From contig OZ243938.1 of the NCBI GenBank assembly GCA_965214095.1, positions 4,960,001 to 5,024,000 on the forward strand: a DNA stretch of 64,000 nt, in the 5' to 3' direction. This document shows, piece by piece, positions 50,003-60,900 of the stretch (the stretch's first letter is position 1; every line of letters starts with the position of its first letter). This DNA comes from Candidatus Poribacteria bacterium (GTDB lineage: Bacteria > Poribacteria > WGA-4E > WGA-3G). The notes under the pieces are model-generated. The model did no database searches. It was given only the letters and a program-made list of their open reading frames with translations, and was not told the origin of the DNA. Made by a program: the position numbers and the translations under genes.

Positions 50003-51883
50003 TTATCTACCCCAACCACCCTGTGATCTCTGTCTACGTTGTAGGATGACGCGGTCACCTTCTTTGATACCGCTCTTGACAATGACGTTTGTCTCGTTTT
50101 GCATGCCCGTTTCAATAAGGGTTTCAACACCTTTGCCTCCATTATCCAACATGACATACTTTCCTCGTATAACATTGACCTGTGCTTGAACACCATCCGC
50201 TTTCTTCTCTCCATTAATTAATAGTGATACGGTAGAAGATCCAGAGATGAGACCCCGTTGTGAACTGTCAAGTTCAATCGTGACGCTTCCATTTGCAACA
50301 TCTTTGATAGTGCCGTTGAATATCTTCTCACTCAACGTCTGCATAGCAACCGGTTTGCCAACTTTGAAGGGGGATGTGTTGCCTACCTGTGTGACAGCAG
50401 TGGCAGAAGTTTTTGAAATGACTGCATCAAGCGGTAGCAACAGAACATTCTTTTCTTCATAAGTAATGATGTCCACATCAGCACTCATACCAGGTTTGAT
50501 TCTTCCTGATGAATCAAGCACCTCTATCATAACCTCAAACGAGATAATGTTGTCTTGTTGTTGTCCACTCGGTGAGATTTCATAGACTCTACCGTCATAT
50601 TTTTGTGTTTGGAAAGCATCGATTTTGATGACAGCGGGTTGGTTGTTTTCAAGACGTTCCATATCAACTTCGTTGATGAAAGTTTTGACCACCATTTTTG
50701 AAAGATCTGCAATTGTCATGATAGGTGGACTCTGAGAAAATGCTGAACGTCCGGAGGTGACAATTTCACCTTGTTCAATATCGAGTTGTGTAACTGTGCC
50801 TGACATCGGTGCCTTAATAGTTGTCCAAGCGAGCCGTTCTTCTTGATTTTTTAAACTACTTTCTCTTCGCAGGAGGTTTGCACCAGCACTCACCTTTGAC
50901 TGTTCCGTAAGCAATTTCTCATTATCAATAGTGAGTAATAGTTCTTGTAGCTGCGTTCTTGAGTTATCCAAACGAATTTGGCTTTCCTCTTCTGCTTTCT
51001 GTCGTGTCTTTTTGAGGTGCTGAAGGTTTAATTCTTGGTATTGTAGCTGCGCTTCGCGGGTTTTTATTCCAGTTTTACGTGCTTCAATTGTGCGTTGTTG
51101 TGAAACGATGGTTTGTTTCTGTGATTCTACCCGTTTTTTGGCATTTTCATGCTGGGTATTAGAATTGGCATATCGAGTTTCAGTATCTTCTAACACCTGC
51201 TTTGAGACCAATTCCTGTTCATAGAGTGAGGTGTTGCGATCTAACTCTGATTTAGCCGAATCTAATGAAACTTTTGAAGAATTTTTTGATGTTTCGTATT
51301 CAGCGAGAGACAACTCAGCTTGTGCAAGTGAAATTTTTGCCTGTTCTAAAGAGATATTATCTTGTTCTAACAGATTTTTTGTTGATTGGATATCAGTTTC
51401 AGCGGAACTGATGCGAGTTAAGGATTCCGCTTTTGTCGTTTCAAGGTTCGCTTGTGCGATTCGGACAGCCGCCTTTCTCTGTAATTCGTCGCTATTGAGA
51501 CGTTCTTTTTTAAGTTCAATGTTCAATTCAGACTGCATAAGCTGCGCTGCAGCGGCCTTCACGTCTGCTTGGGCTTGTTTCTCTTCCTCCTGATATAATT
51601 CCGGGTCAAGACGTACTAAAATGTCGTCTTTTTCAACATAGTCGCCATCATCAACAAGCAGTTCTATGACTTCACCTTCAACGTTTGATTTGACTTCAAC
51701 GTCAAGAAGTGGCTCTAAATTCCCAGTGGCTCTGATGGTCATTTGGAAATTGCCGCGTTTGACGAGTTCTATTCTTGGTGCCTGCGCTGGCTCAGTTCCG
51801 TTTTTTCCACGACTTAGTACAACCCATCCCGCTGCAACCACAATAATAACGATAGTTGCTGCAGTAATAATAAGTTTCTTCAA
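50003..51883 (-). CDS. MacA/HlyD-like periplasmic adaptor with a long coiled coil
   Basis: N-terminal TM; 'VEVKSNVEGEV', 'IKAPMSGTV', 'PGMSADV'. Confidence 0.88.
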   Translation of the reverse strand: MKKLIITAATIVIIVVAAGWVVLSRGKNGTEPAQAPRIELVKRGNFQMTIRATGNLEPLLDVEVKSNVEGEVIELLVDDGDYVEKDDILVRLDPELYQEEEKQAQADVKAAAAQLMQSELNIELKKERLNSDELQRKAAVRIAQANLETTKAESLTRISSAETDIQSTKNLLEQDNISLEQAKISLAQAELSLAEYETSKNSSKVSLDSAKSELDRNTSLYEQELVSKQVLEDTETRYANSNTQHENAKKRVESQKQTIVSQQRTIEARKTGIKTREAQLQYQELNLQHLKKTRQKAEEESQIRLDNSRTQLQELLLTIDNEKLLTEQSKVSAGANLLRRESSLKNQEERLAWTTIKAPMSGTVTQLDIEQGEIVTSGRSAFSQSPPIMTIADLSKMVVKTFINEVDMERLENNQPAVIKIDAFQTQKYDGRVYEISPSGQQQDNIISFEVMIEVLDSSGRIKPGMSADVDIITYEEKNVLLLPLDAVISKTSATAVTQVGNTSPFKVGKPVAMQTLSEKIFNGTIKDVANGSVTIELDSSQRGLISGSSTVSLLINGEKKADGVQAQVNVIRGKYVMLDNGGKGVETLIETGMQNETNVIVKSGIKEGDRVILQRRQRSQGGWGR

Positions 51884-51982
51884 AACCTAATTCCTCCTAA
51901 AATTGTTGTATATGCAAAACCCTATAAGTTTCGTAGTGTTAGTATTAAATCTAAAGGTTCTCTGTAAGACTAAGACTGTTGG

Positions 51983-53299
51983 TTAATCGGATCGGAGTGC
52001 TTCAACAGGTGTAAGTTTTGCTGCCTTATATGCTGGATATAACCCAAAGAAAACACCGATAGCAACTGACACGAGTAATGCAATGAACATTGTTAAAAAC
52101 GAGACGACCGAGGGCCAATTACTCCCTTCCCATACGAATTTAGAGATTAACGCTGCTGTACCCTTTCCCATAAATACTCCCATAATTGATCCGAGGATCC
52201 CACCAGCGAATGTAAGGACAGAAGCTTCAATCAGGAACTGTGTGATAATGTCATTGAATGTTGCACCGAGTGCTTTCCGCAGCCCGATTTCTTTGGTACG
52301 GTCCGTTACGGAAACGAGCATGATATTCATGACCCCAATGCCTGCTACCATCAGAGCAATACCAGCAATACCACCCATTAGTAGTTTCATGACCAAACCG
52401 ACTTTATCAGCGGTTGCCAATTCCTCTTCTGCAGTCCAATAGTTATATTCTTCTCCTGTGTTATTATGCTGTCTCCCTAACACCTGTTTTGAATCGTCTA
52501 TTACGAGTGGAATTTTCTCAATGTCCTCAGCTTCCACGCGTATACGTTCAACATCTTGCCTACCTTTAAACCGTTCCTGAAGCGTTGTTATGGGTATGAT
52601 GAACCTGTCATCCCACCCTGTGGTGTCCATCGCGTCGCCTTTTTCTTCCATGACACCGATGACTTTCAGGCGCACCTCATAGAGTCCACTCATACCGCGC
52701 CAATATGATGGACGCGAAGCTTTGATCTCTTTGCCAACTGGGTCTTCATGAAGAAAAATCTCTTCAGCGATTTTTGACCCAATAACAGCAACACTGCTTG
52801 AGGATTCAACTTCTTCTGGCGTAAAGAATCTGCCATCTGATGTGTACCAGTTATATGAACGGTCGTAGCCTGCAGTTGATGCAACAATGCGTGATTCCTT
52901 TTTACGTCCTTTATAACTAACACTCCAGCCAGGCATATCATCTTCTGCGACAACATCAATAATCCCGCGTGCATTTTTCAATATCTCAAAAGCGTCTTCT
53001 GTTTCCAAATGTTCAGCACGGTTTCTACGCCATCGACTCTTACCTCTAACAGCCTGACCAGCAGCACGACTCAAAGTACCTGATTGCCTATCCCAATCAT
53101 CTTTGTAGATTTCAATAATCTTTGTACCACCTGTCCGTTCGATTTCTCTTAGCACCATAGCTCTGGAACCGTCTCCAACAGAGACCATACAGACTACAGA
53201 ACCGACCCCAACGATAATACCCAAAATCGTCAGACCAGAACGAAGCGGATTTCTTTTTAAACTGGTGATACCTAAAATAATACATTCAAAAAGGTTCAT
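51983..53299 (-). CDS. MacB/FtsX-like ABC transporter permease
   Basis: 'LRSGLTILGIIVGV', 'GIGVMNIMLVSVTDRTKEIGLRKALGA', 'P.EALR'. Confidence 0.92.
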   Translation of the reverse strand: MNLFECIILGITSLKRNPLRSGLTILGIIVGVGSVVCMVSVGDGSRAMVLREIERTGGTKIIEIYKDDWDRQSGTLSRAAGQAVRGKSRWRRNRAEHLETEDAFEILKNARGIIDVVAEDDMPGWSVSYKGRKKESRIVASTAGYDRSYNWYTSDGRFFTPEEVESSSSVAVIGSKIAEEIFLHEDPVGKEIKASRPSYWRGMSGLYEVRLKVIGVMEEKGDAMDTTGWDDRFIIPITTLQERFKGRQDVERIRVEAEDIEKIPLVIDDSKQVLGRQHNNTGEEYNYWTAEEELATADKVGLVMKLLMGGIAGIALMVAGIGVMNIMLVSVTDRTKEIGLRKALGATFNDIITQFLIEASVLTFAGGILGSIMGVFMGKGTAALISKFVWEGSNWPSVVSFLTMFIALLVSVAIGVFFGLYPAYKAAKLTPVEALRSD

Positions 53300-53311
53300 A
53301 TAGTTCTCCTC

Positions 53312-54613
53312 TTACTCAGTGCGTAACGCCTCTATCGGTGAAAGTGCGGAGGCTTTTAATGCTGGATACAACCCAAAAGAGACACCAATTAAAGCAGAAA
53401 ATGAGACAGATATAATAACCCACTGCATTGAGATAACGGATGGCCAATCAGGTACGATTTTAACAATATTGACTGCAAGAAGTGCCATACCTTCACCCGC
53501 AAGATAACCTAACCCAACACCTAATGCACCACCTATGATACACATCACAATAGATTCTATGAGGAACTGCATCATAATATCCAATCGTTTAGCACCGATC
53601 GCTTTACGCAAACCGATTTCCCGTGTGCGTTCACTCACTGCGACCAACATCATATTCATAATACCAATGCCACCAACAAGAAGTGAAAATCCAGCGATGC
53701 TTCCCAACGCGATCTTAATAACTTTACTGATCTTATCCAGCTGAGCCATACCTTCGCGCATATCTCGCAGGTCAAAGAAGTCATCCTGATTTTTGTGCAT
53801 CTTTCTCATAACCGCTTTCACCTCTTCAATGGCTTTCGGAACATCATCAACAGTATGTGCTTGCACCGATAGCATGACGACGTTATCGTTGCCGGTAAAC
53901 CGTTCTTGTGCTGTAGTGAGAGGAAGAAATAACATATCGTCAAGATTCCATCCAAATCGTAGACTTCTGCCGCGTGCTTCCATTGTTCCGACTACGGTGA
54001 ACCTTTCAGCCATCCGTGCTTGGTCTCTTCTTCCGTAACGGTCATAACGGTCCCCACCTTTACCAATTTTTATTTCTTTATCAATTGGGTCTTGTGTGCC
54101 GAAGAGATTTAAGGCCACCTCAGTTCCTAATACACAAACCTTTGCTTTGAGATCCATATCTTCTTCGGTGATAAAACGTCCATCTTTAACTTTCCAATCC
54201 ATCGCTTCGGGAAAAGAAGCATTGACACCATTATAGCCACTACGCGCTTCGGAGCCATCATTCGTTTGGATGAGTACGCCTCGCCATTCAGGAATGCGTG
54301 GGACGACGACCTTGACAGATGGACATTCAGCTTCAATAGCCAAAACATCATCGTACTTAAAGTGTTCATTACTGCGGTTTGGCATCCATCGGGAACCTAC
54401 ACGTTTGTGGCTGCTGCGATACATAGTGAATTGGTTGACACCACCAAGTTTTTGGGCATCCTGCAACACAATTTCCTTCGCCCCATCCCCGATTGAAATC
54501 ATCGCGAGCACTGAAGCAACACCAATGATAATTCCAAGCATCGTTAGCAAGGATCGTAGTTTGTTACTACGAATCGCTGAAAACCCAACGAAAAATCCTT
54601 CAAATATACGCAT
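53312..54613 (-). CDS. MacB/FtsX-like ABC transporter permease
   Basis: Same MacB permease motifs. Confidence 0.92.
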   Translation of the reverse strand: MRIFEGFFVGFSAIRSNKLRSLLTMLGIIIGVASVLAMISIGDGAKEIVLQDAQKLGGVNQFTMYRSSHKRVGSRWMPNRSNEHFKYDDVLAIEAECPSVKVVVPRIPEWRGVLIQTNDGSEARSGYNGVNASFPEAMDWKVKDGRFITEEDMDLKAKVCVLGTEVALNLFGTQDPIDKEIKIGKGGDRYDRYGRRDQARMAERFTVVGTMEARGRSLRFGWNLDDMLFLPLTTAQERFTGNDNVVMLSVQAHTVDDVPKAIEEVKAVMRKMHKNQDDFFDLRDMREGMAQLDKISKVIKIALGSIAGFSLLVGGIGIMNMMLVAVSERTREIGLRKAIGAKRLDIMMQFLIESIVMCIIGGALGVGLGYLAGEGMALLAVNIVKIVPDWPSVISMQWVIISVSFSALIGVSFGLYPALKASALSPIEALRTE

Positions 54614-54840
54614 TTCTTGTCTCCAAAGACATGCAAAGATAATACACTTCTACGCTTGGTTATTTAGACAGAAATAAGCGAATAATGTTCGTGGAATTAA
54701 CAAATTATAAGTATTAAATCTGCATACTCTGTTTGCCAAGTAATACATGGTGTTGTTTAGAATGTAATTACTTTATTGACGTAATAATTGTGTAATAGGT
54801 TTATTTGAAAAGGATTGCTTTTTGAATTATGGGGTACGTT

Positions 54841-56142
54841 CTACTCTGTCCGTAACGCTTCAATGGGGGAGAGTGAGGATGCTTTGATAGCAGGATACAA
54901 ACCAAACGATATACCGATCAACGCGGAGAACGAAATTGAAATCAATACCCACTCGGTTGAGATGACTGACGGCCATTCAGGGACGACTTTTGCTATTTTA
55001 ACAGCGAGTATTGCCATGCCTTCACCAGCGAAATACCCTAAAGCCACACCTATCAATCCACCTACACTGCACATTGCAACAGCCTCAATTAGGAACTGCG
55101 TTAGAATGTGATAACTTTTAGCACCGAGTGCTTTCCGCAACCCTATTTCGCGCGTACGTTCACTAACAGCGACAAGCATCATATTCATGATGCCGATACC
55201 ACCAACAAGCAACGAGAAACCTGCAATACTACCCAGCGCAATCTTTATGACTTTACTGATTTTATCTAATTGTGCCATACCTTCGCGCATATCAAAGATT
55301 CTGATGAAGTCATCTTGGTTCTTGTGCCGCTTGCGGATAACAGCCTTTACCTCTTCAATCGCCTTGGGAACAAGATCAACAGTTTTTGCATAAACAACAA
55401 TATCCTGTATCCTATCATCGCCAGTGAACCGTTCTTGTGTGGTTGTCACGGGCATAAAGACAAGACTATCGTAACTCCAACCGAATCGGAGACTTCTGCC
55501 TCTCGGTGTCATCGTGCCAACAACCGTGAAACGTTCTGTGGATCGGTTCTTGCTTCTACGGCCATATCGGTCATACCGACCATCTCCTCTGGCGATTTTT
55601 ATCTCTTTTCCAACGGGTGATTCATCACCGAATAAATTCTTCGCGGTCTCATCACCAAGAACACAGATAGTCGCTGCATTTTCCACATCCTCATCAGTAA
55701 TAAATCGTCCTTCTTGAAGTTTCCAATCCATTGCAGTATGATAATATGCATCCACCCCGTTATAACCCGCACGTACTTCTCTGCCTCTGGAGGCTTGAAT
55801 TAACGCACCTCTCCATTCAGGTATCCTTGGTGTTACAGCGATTACTGATGGACATTCTGCAGCAATTGCTATGACATCACCATATTTCATATACTCATTG
55901 CTGCGTATTCTCACCCACTGTGTGCCTTCCCGTTTATACCAAGTGCGGTAGATAGTAAACTGGTTTGCGCCACCGAGTTTTTGAGCATCGCGTAGGACGA
56001 TTTCTTTTGCACCATCCCCGATGGCAATCATCGCAAGCACCGAGGCAACACCGATGATAATGCCAAGCATCGTCAGCAATGAACGCATCTTGTTTGAACG
56101 GATAGCATGAACCCCGATAGATAATCCCTCAAAGAGTCGCAT
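54841..56142 (-). CDS. MacB/FtsX-like ABC transporter permease
   Basis: Same MacB permease motifs. Confidence 0.92.
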   Translation of the reverse strand: MRLFEGLSIGVHAIRSNKMRSLLTMLGIIIGVASVLAMIAIGDGAKEIVLRDAQKLGGANQFTIYRTWYKREGTQWVRIRSNEYMKYGDVIAIAAECPSVIAVTPRIPEWRGALIQASRGREVRAGYNGVDAYYHTAMDWKLQEGRFITDEDVENAATICVLGDETAKNLFGDESPVGKEIKIARGDGRYDRYGRRSKNRSTERFTVVGTMTPRGRSLRFGWSYDSLVFMPVTTTQERFTGDDRIQDIVVYAKTVDLVPKAIEEVKAVIRKRHKNQDDFIRIFDMREGMAQLDKISKVIKIALGSIAGFSLLVGGIGIMNMMLVAVSERTREIGLRKALGAKSYHILTQFLIEAVAMCSVGGLIGVALGYFAGEGMAILAVKIAKVVPEWPSVISTEWVLISISFSALIGISFGLYPAIKASSLSPIEALRTE

Positions 56143-56195
56143 AATGTTACCTTATAGATAATGACTTTGTTGAATTCTATGTGAACTGGTTGTAT

Positions 56196-57497
56196 CTATT
56201 CTTTTCGTAGTGCTTCTATAGGTGAGAGCATTGAGGCTTTAATCGCTGGATATAACCCAAATGATATACCGATAGCTGCGGAGAATAACACTGAAATTGC
56301 GATCCAATGTCCTGATATAACTGCAGGCCATTCTGGCACGATTTCAGCGATTCTGACGGCCAAAAATGACATACCCTCTCCCACCAACATACCAATGCAG
56401 ATTCCTATAATTCCGCCTACTGCACACATTCCAACAGATTCTATCAGGAATTGCAGCATTATGTCAAATGGTTTTGCACCGAGTGCTTTCCGTAAACCGA
56501 TTTCGCGTGTACGTTCAGTGACAGCGACTAACATCATGTTCATGATGCCGATACCACCGACAAGCAACGAGAAACCCGCAATGCTACCGAGGGCGATTTT
56601 TATCATTTTGCTTATTTTTTCAAGCTGCCGTATACCCTTTCGCATCTCATAGATTTTAACGAAATTATCTTCACCATTGTGCCGTTTTCGGATCACATCT
56701 TTTACCTCTCTGACTGCATTCGGCACATCTTCAACGGTGTTTGCGTATACAATGATTTCCTGGATACGGTCATCACCTGTAAACCGTTCCTGGGTTGTTG
56801 TAATTGGGAAAAAGACCATAGTATCAAAACTCCAACCGAATCGTAGACTTCTTCCTCTCGGCATCATTGTACCGACAACTGTGAAGCGATCAGTAATACG
56901 TCTACTACGTCTCTTTCCTCGATGGTCGTAATATCTTACTCTTCGTGCTATTTTTACCTCTTTGCCAAGTGGTGAGATATTCCCAAACAAATCAGTTGCA
57001 GCTTCATCTCCCAGCACACATATTTGTGTAGCATTCTTCACATCTTCATCTGAAATGAAACGTCCTGCTTGTAATTTCCAGTCCATTGCAGTTTTGAAGG
57101 AAGCGTCAACGCCGTTATACCCTGCGCGCGTTTCTGCACCTATTTCAGATTGGACTAACAACCCTTTCCAGTCCCGTATTCTTGGAGTAACATCATTTAC
57201 AGATGAACATTCGGATTTAATGGCAAGTACATCATCATAGTTTAGATATTCTTTTGTTCTGATACGGACGTTGTGTTTACCAAGTTTTTTAGTTGATCTA
57301 CGATAGAGAGTGAATTGATTTGCACCGCCGAGTTTTTGTGCATCTTGTAGCACGATCTCTTTGGCTCCATCGCCGATTGCGATCATTGCAAGTACGGAAG
57401 CAATTCCGATGATAATTCCAAGCATTGTCAGCAATGAACGCATTTTGTTTGCCCGTATTGCTGCAATGCCGATAGATATTCCTTCGATTAGACCCAT
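56196..57497 (-). CDS. MacB/FtsX-like ABC transporter permease
   Basis: Same MacB permease motifs. Confidence 0.92.
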   Translation of the reverse strand: MGLIEGISIGIAAIRANKMRSLLTMLGIIIGIASVLAMIAIGDGAKEIVLQDAQKLGGANQFTLYRRSTKKLGKHNVRIRTKEYLNYDDVLAIKSECSSVNDVTPRIRDWKGLLVQSEIGAETRAGYNGVDASFKTAMDWKLQAGRFISDEDVKNATQICVLGDEAATDLFGNISPLGKEVKIARRVRYYDHRGKRRSRRITDRFTVVGTMMPRGRSLRFGWSFDTMVFFPITTTQERFTGDDRIQEIIVYANTVEDVPNAVREVKDVIRKRHNGEDNFVKIYEMRKGIRQLEKISKMIKIALGSIAGFSLLVGGIGIMNMMLVAVTERTREIGLRKALGAKPFDIMLQFLIESVGMCAVGGIIGICIGMLVGEGMSFLAVRIAEIVPEWPAVISGHWIAISVLFSAAIGISFGLYPAIKASMLSPIEALRKE

Positions 57498-57916
57498 AAC
57501 ACCTTCTTATATTTATGACAAAAAATCATAAGTTAAACGTTCTTGATAAGAAATGGTTTATTTGTTATTTATGATAACCTAAGTTGCCACCTATGTAGCG
57601 CAATCTGTATGAAGATTAAGTTATTAATTGGGTAATCCTAATTTCTCAAACCCGGTAGGTGTGGTTTCCTAATCGTACCTCTTTGGGCCCATGCATAGTA
57701 GTAGGCACGCGCCGCGTGCCGTTCTTATACCATTCCTAAGAATAACCAATCATTATCAAATAGGTGTTCGAAGTTGCGTAATGCATTCCGTTGCTTATAT
57801 AATCCTGTCCATCTGCTAATCCTGAAAATCCTGGTTCAGACAAATAGGAATACAATCCCATAATAAATCTAACGTTTGTGAATTATATTGAACAAAAAAC
57901 CGAAAACTAAATAACC

Positions 57917-57953
57917 CTGATACATGGATGTCATATTGACATCCATGTATCAG
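57917..57953. terminator. Perfect 17-bp inverted repeat downstream of the giant adhesin gene (probable terminator or stabilising hairpin)
   Basis: CTGATACATGGATGTCA-TAT-TGACATCCATGTATCAG; no clear U-tract. Confidence 0.55.
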
Positions 57954-57986
57954 AGTACAAAACCCGCGCTACAATGCTGACAGAAT

Positions 57987-60900
57987 CTATTTCCGTATCA
58001 ACATCTTACGAGTAGCAGAATAATCTCCTGTCTTGAATGTGTAGAAATAGACACCCGCGGCAACCTTCTCACCAAGTGAATTCCTACCATCCCAGTACAT
58101 TGCACGGCTCCTACTAATATAGTTCCCCGCGGGCTTTTGACTTATAGCAATCTCCCGCACCACAACACCACGCAGATTGTAGATGGTTAATGTGACATCA
58201 GATGGTTTTGACAACTGATACGGAATCCACGTTTCAGGATTGAATGGGTTCGGATAGTTGGATAGCAGTGCAGTTTGCGTTGGAACGGCACTTAAAGCAG
58301 GTGCACCCCCAACATTTGTCACGGTGATTGTTACAGTAATGGTATCAGTTAGAACACCTTCATTTTCATTTACCTCTGTCGTAGTAGGATCATCAGCAGG
58401 ACGATCCGCGGCTGTAACTACCACTGTATATTCTGTGTCCATATCAACAGTAAATATCATAGCAGTCCTAATCTGACCCGTCGAACTCTCAATAGTAAAC
58501 TTGTCAACATCTGTTCCGCTTAATGAATATATCAGTGTGTCCTTTTGGTTGCCTTCGCTATCTTCATCCTCATCCGAAGCAGCAACAGGAGTTCCAACAC
58601 TTGAACCATTTGACATATTCTCCGCGACACTTCGAGTAGTTGTCTCACCGTCAGTAAATTCTGGTGCATCATTTACATCTGTTATACTGATTGTGACGGT
58701 TACAGAAGCCTTATTATTGCTTTCACCACTGTCTTCAGTAGCATCAACCATTACCGTATAAGAATTCTTGGTTTCAAAGTCATGGGCTGCCGTTGTTTTT
58801 ATTTGACCTGACGAATCAATAGTGAACGAGGATGAATCTGTTCCACTAAGCATATAAGTAATCATGTTATCATCTTGATCAGTTGCTGCCACTGGCTCAC
58901 CGACATTCGTAATCGCAGCACTATTTTCTGGAACAGAACGCATATCGCTTCCAGTTGGGAAGATAGGAGCATCGTTTTCATCAGTGACGTTGATAGTTAC
59001 TGATTTCGTTGCAGTAAGACTGCTGCCATCTGTGGCAGTAACTGTCACGGAATAACTACTTGTCGTTTCATGATCAAGGGCAACTTCTGTCTTGATTTGT
59101 CCAGTAGTGCTGTCAATATTAAAAGTAGCATCACCGGTAGTATCAAGACTGTATGAAGGGCTGTCCCCTGAGTCTGGATCAGTTGCGGTAACGGCAGTAC
59201 CAATATTTTGATTTGTTGCGGTGTTTTCTCCTATAGAAAACGTTAGAGTTCCTGTAGCAAACGTCGGTGCTTCATTGACATTTGTCACAGTAATTGTGAC
59301 TGGAATAGAAGCACTATTCGTGTTTGTGTCACCACTATCATCAGTGACCTTTACAGTGACGGAATAGGAATCTTTTGTCTCTTTGTCAAGAGCTGCCTTG
59401 GTTTGCAATTGTCCTGATGTGCTAACAATATTAAAGGATGACGCATCCGTCCCTTCCAATGTATATGTAAGGGTGTCCTTTTGAGTGTTATCAGTATTCT
59501 TATCCTCGTCAGTTGCCCCAACAGCATCACCTATATTCATATTCGCTGCGGTATTTTCAGCAATACTTCGCGTAGCACTTGTACCAGCGAATTTTGGTCT
59601 ATCATTGACATCGTTGACATTAATAGTTACGGTAATGGAGTCTGAGAGTTCACTATCCGTAACCCCGGAAGTACCAGTATCGGTGGCTGTAACTATAACA
59701 GTGTAACTATCCGTTGTTTCATGGTCCAGATCAGATTTTGTTTTGAGTTGACCTGAAGTAGAATCTATGTCAAAGTTGGTGGTATCACTGTGGGTATAAG
59801 TTAACGAGTCACCGTCATCAACATCCATTGCTGACACGACAGCACCAATATTTGTACCAGCCGTCACATTCTCGTTAACAGAACGAGTTGCTGTAGTAGC
59901 TGTAAACTCTGGTGCCTCGTTGACATCATTAATGTTGATAGTTACGTCAATTGTATCTGTGAGACCTGGATCACTACCGTTATCTGTAACGGTAACAGTC
60001 ACTGAAAGTGAAGCATCAGTTTCATGGTCAAGTGGTTCTTTCGTTTTTATCTGTCCGGAACTACTATCAATATCAAAAGAAGCAGCATCTGTCCCACTGA
60101 GTTCGTAGGTCAAAGTGTCAGCAGAAGGAAGCGTATCCTCATCTGTTGCAGCGACCGCAGCACCAATATTCATATTTGCAGCGGTGTTTTCGTCAATGCT
60201 GCGTGTCGTAGGTTTACTACCGGAAAATACGGGAGCATCATTGACATCGTTAACACTAATCGTCACCGTAATCGTATCAGTAAGACCTGGATCACTACCA
60301 TCATCTGTAACGGTAACATCCACAGAATAAGAACTCTTTGTTTCAAAGTTGAGTGCTGTCTTTGTCCTGATTTGCCCCGAAGTGCTCACAATATCAAATG
60401 AGGACATGTCCGTTCCACCAAGAGTATAGGTCAAAGTATCAGCAGAAGGGAGCGTATCTTCATCTGTTGCAGCGACAGCAGCACCAATAGCCGTATCGGC
60501 TGCAGTATTCTCATCAATATTCCGCGCACCAGTTTCAGTAGATGGGAACTCTGGTGCGTCATTAACATCATTAATGGTAATGTTTACTGTTATTGTATCG
60601 GTGAGTGCTGGACTTTGATTATCCGATACAGTAATCGTCACCTCATAAGCGTTCTTGGTTTCAAAGTTGAGATCTGCATTCGTTTTCAACTGACCTGAAC
60701 TTGAATCTATATCAAATGAAGCGTCATCAGTACCACCGAGTGAGTAATTTAGATTATCACCGTCAACATCCGTTGCAGATATAGGTGCACCGATGTTGAC
60801 CCCAGCATCCGTGTTTTCTGCAATCGTCCGTGAAGTACTATCACCATCATCAAAGTCTGGTGCCTCATTGACATTTGTGACTGCAATTGTAACCACAATA

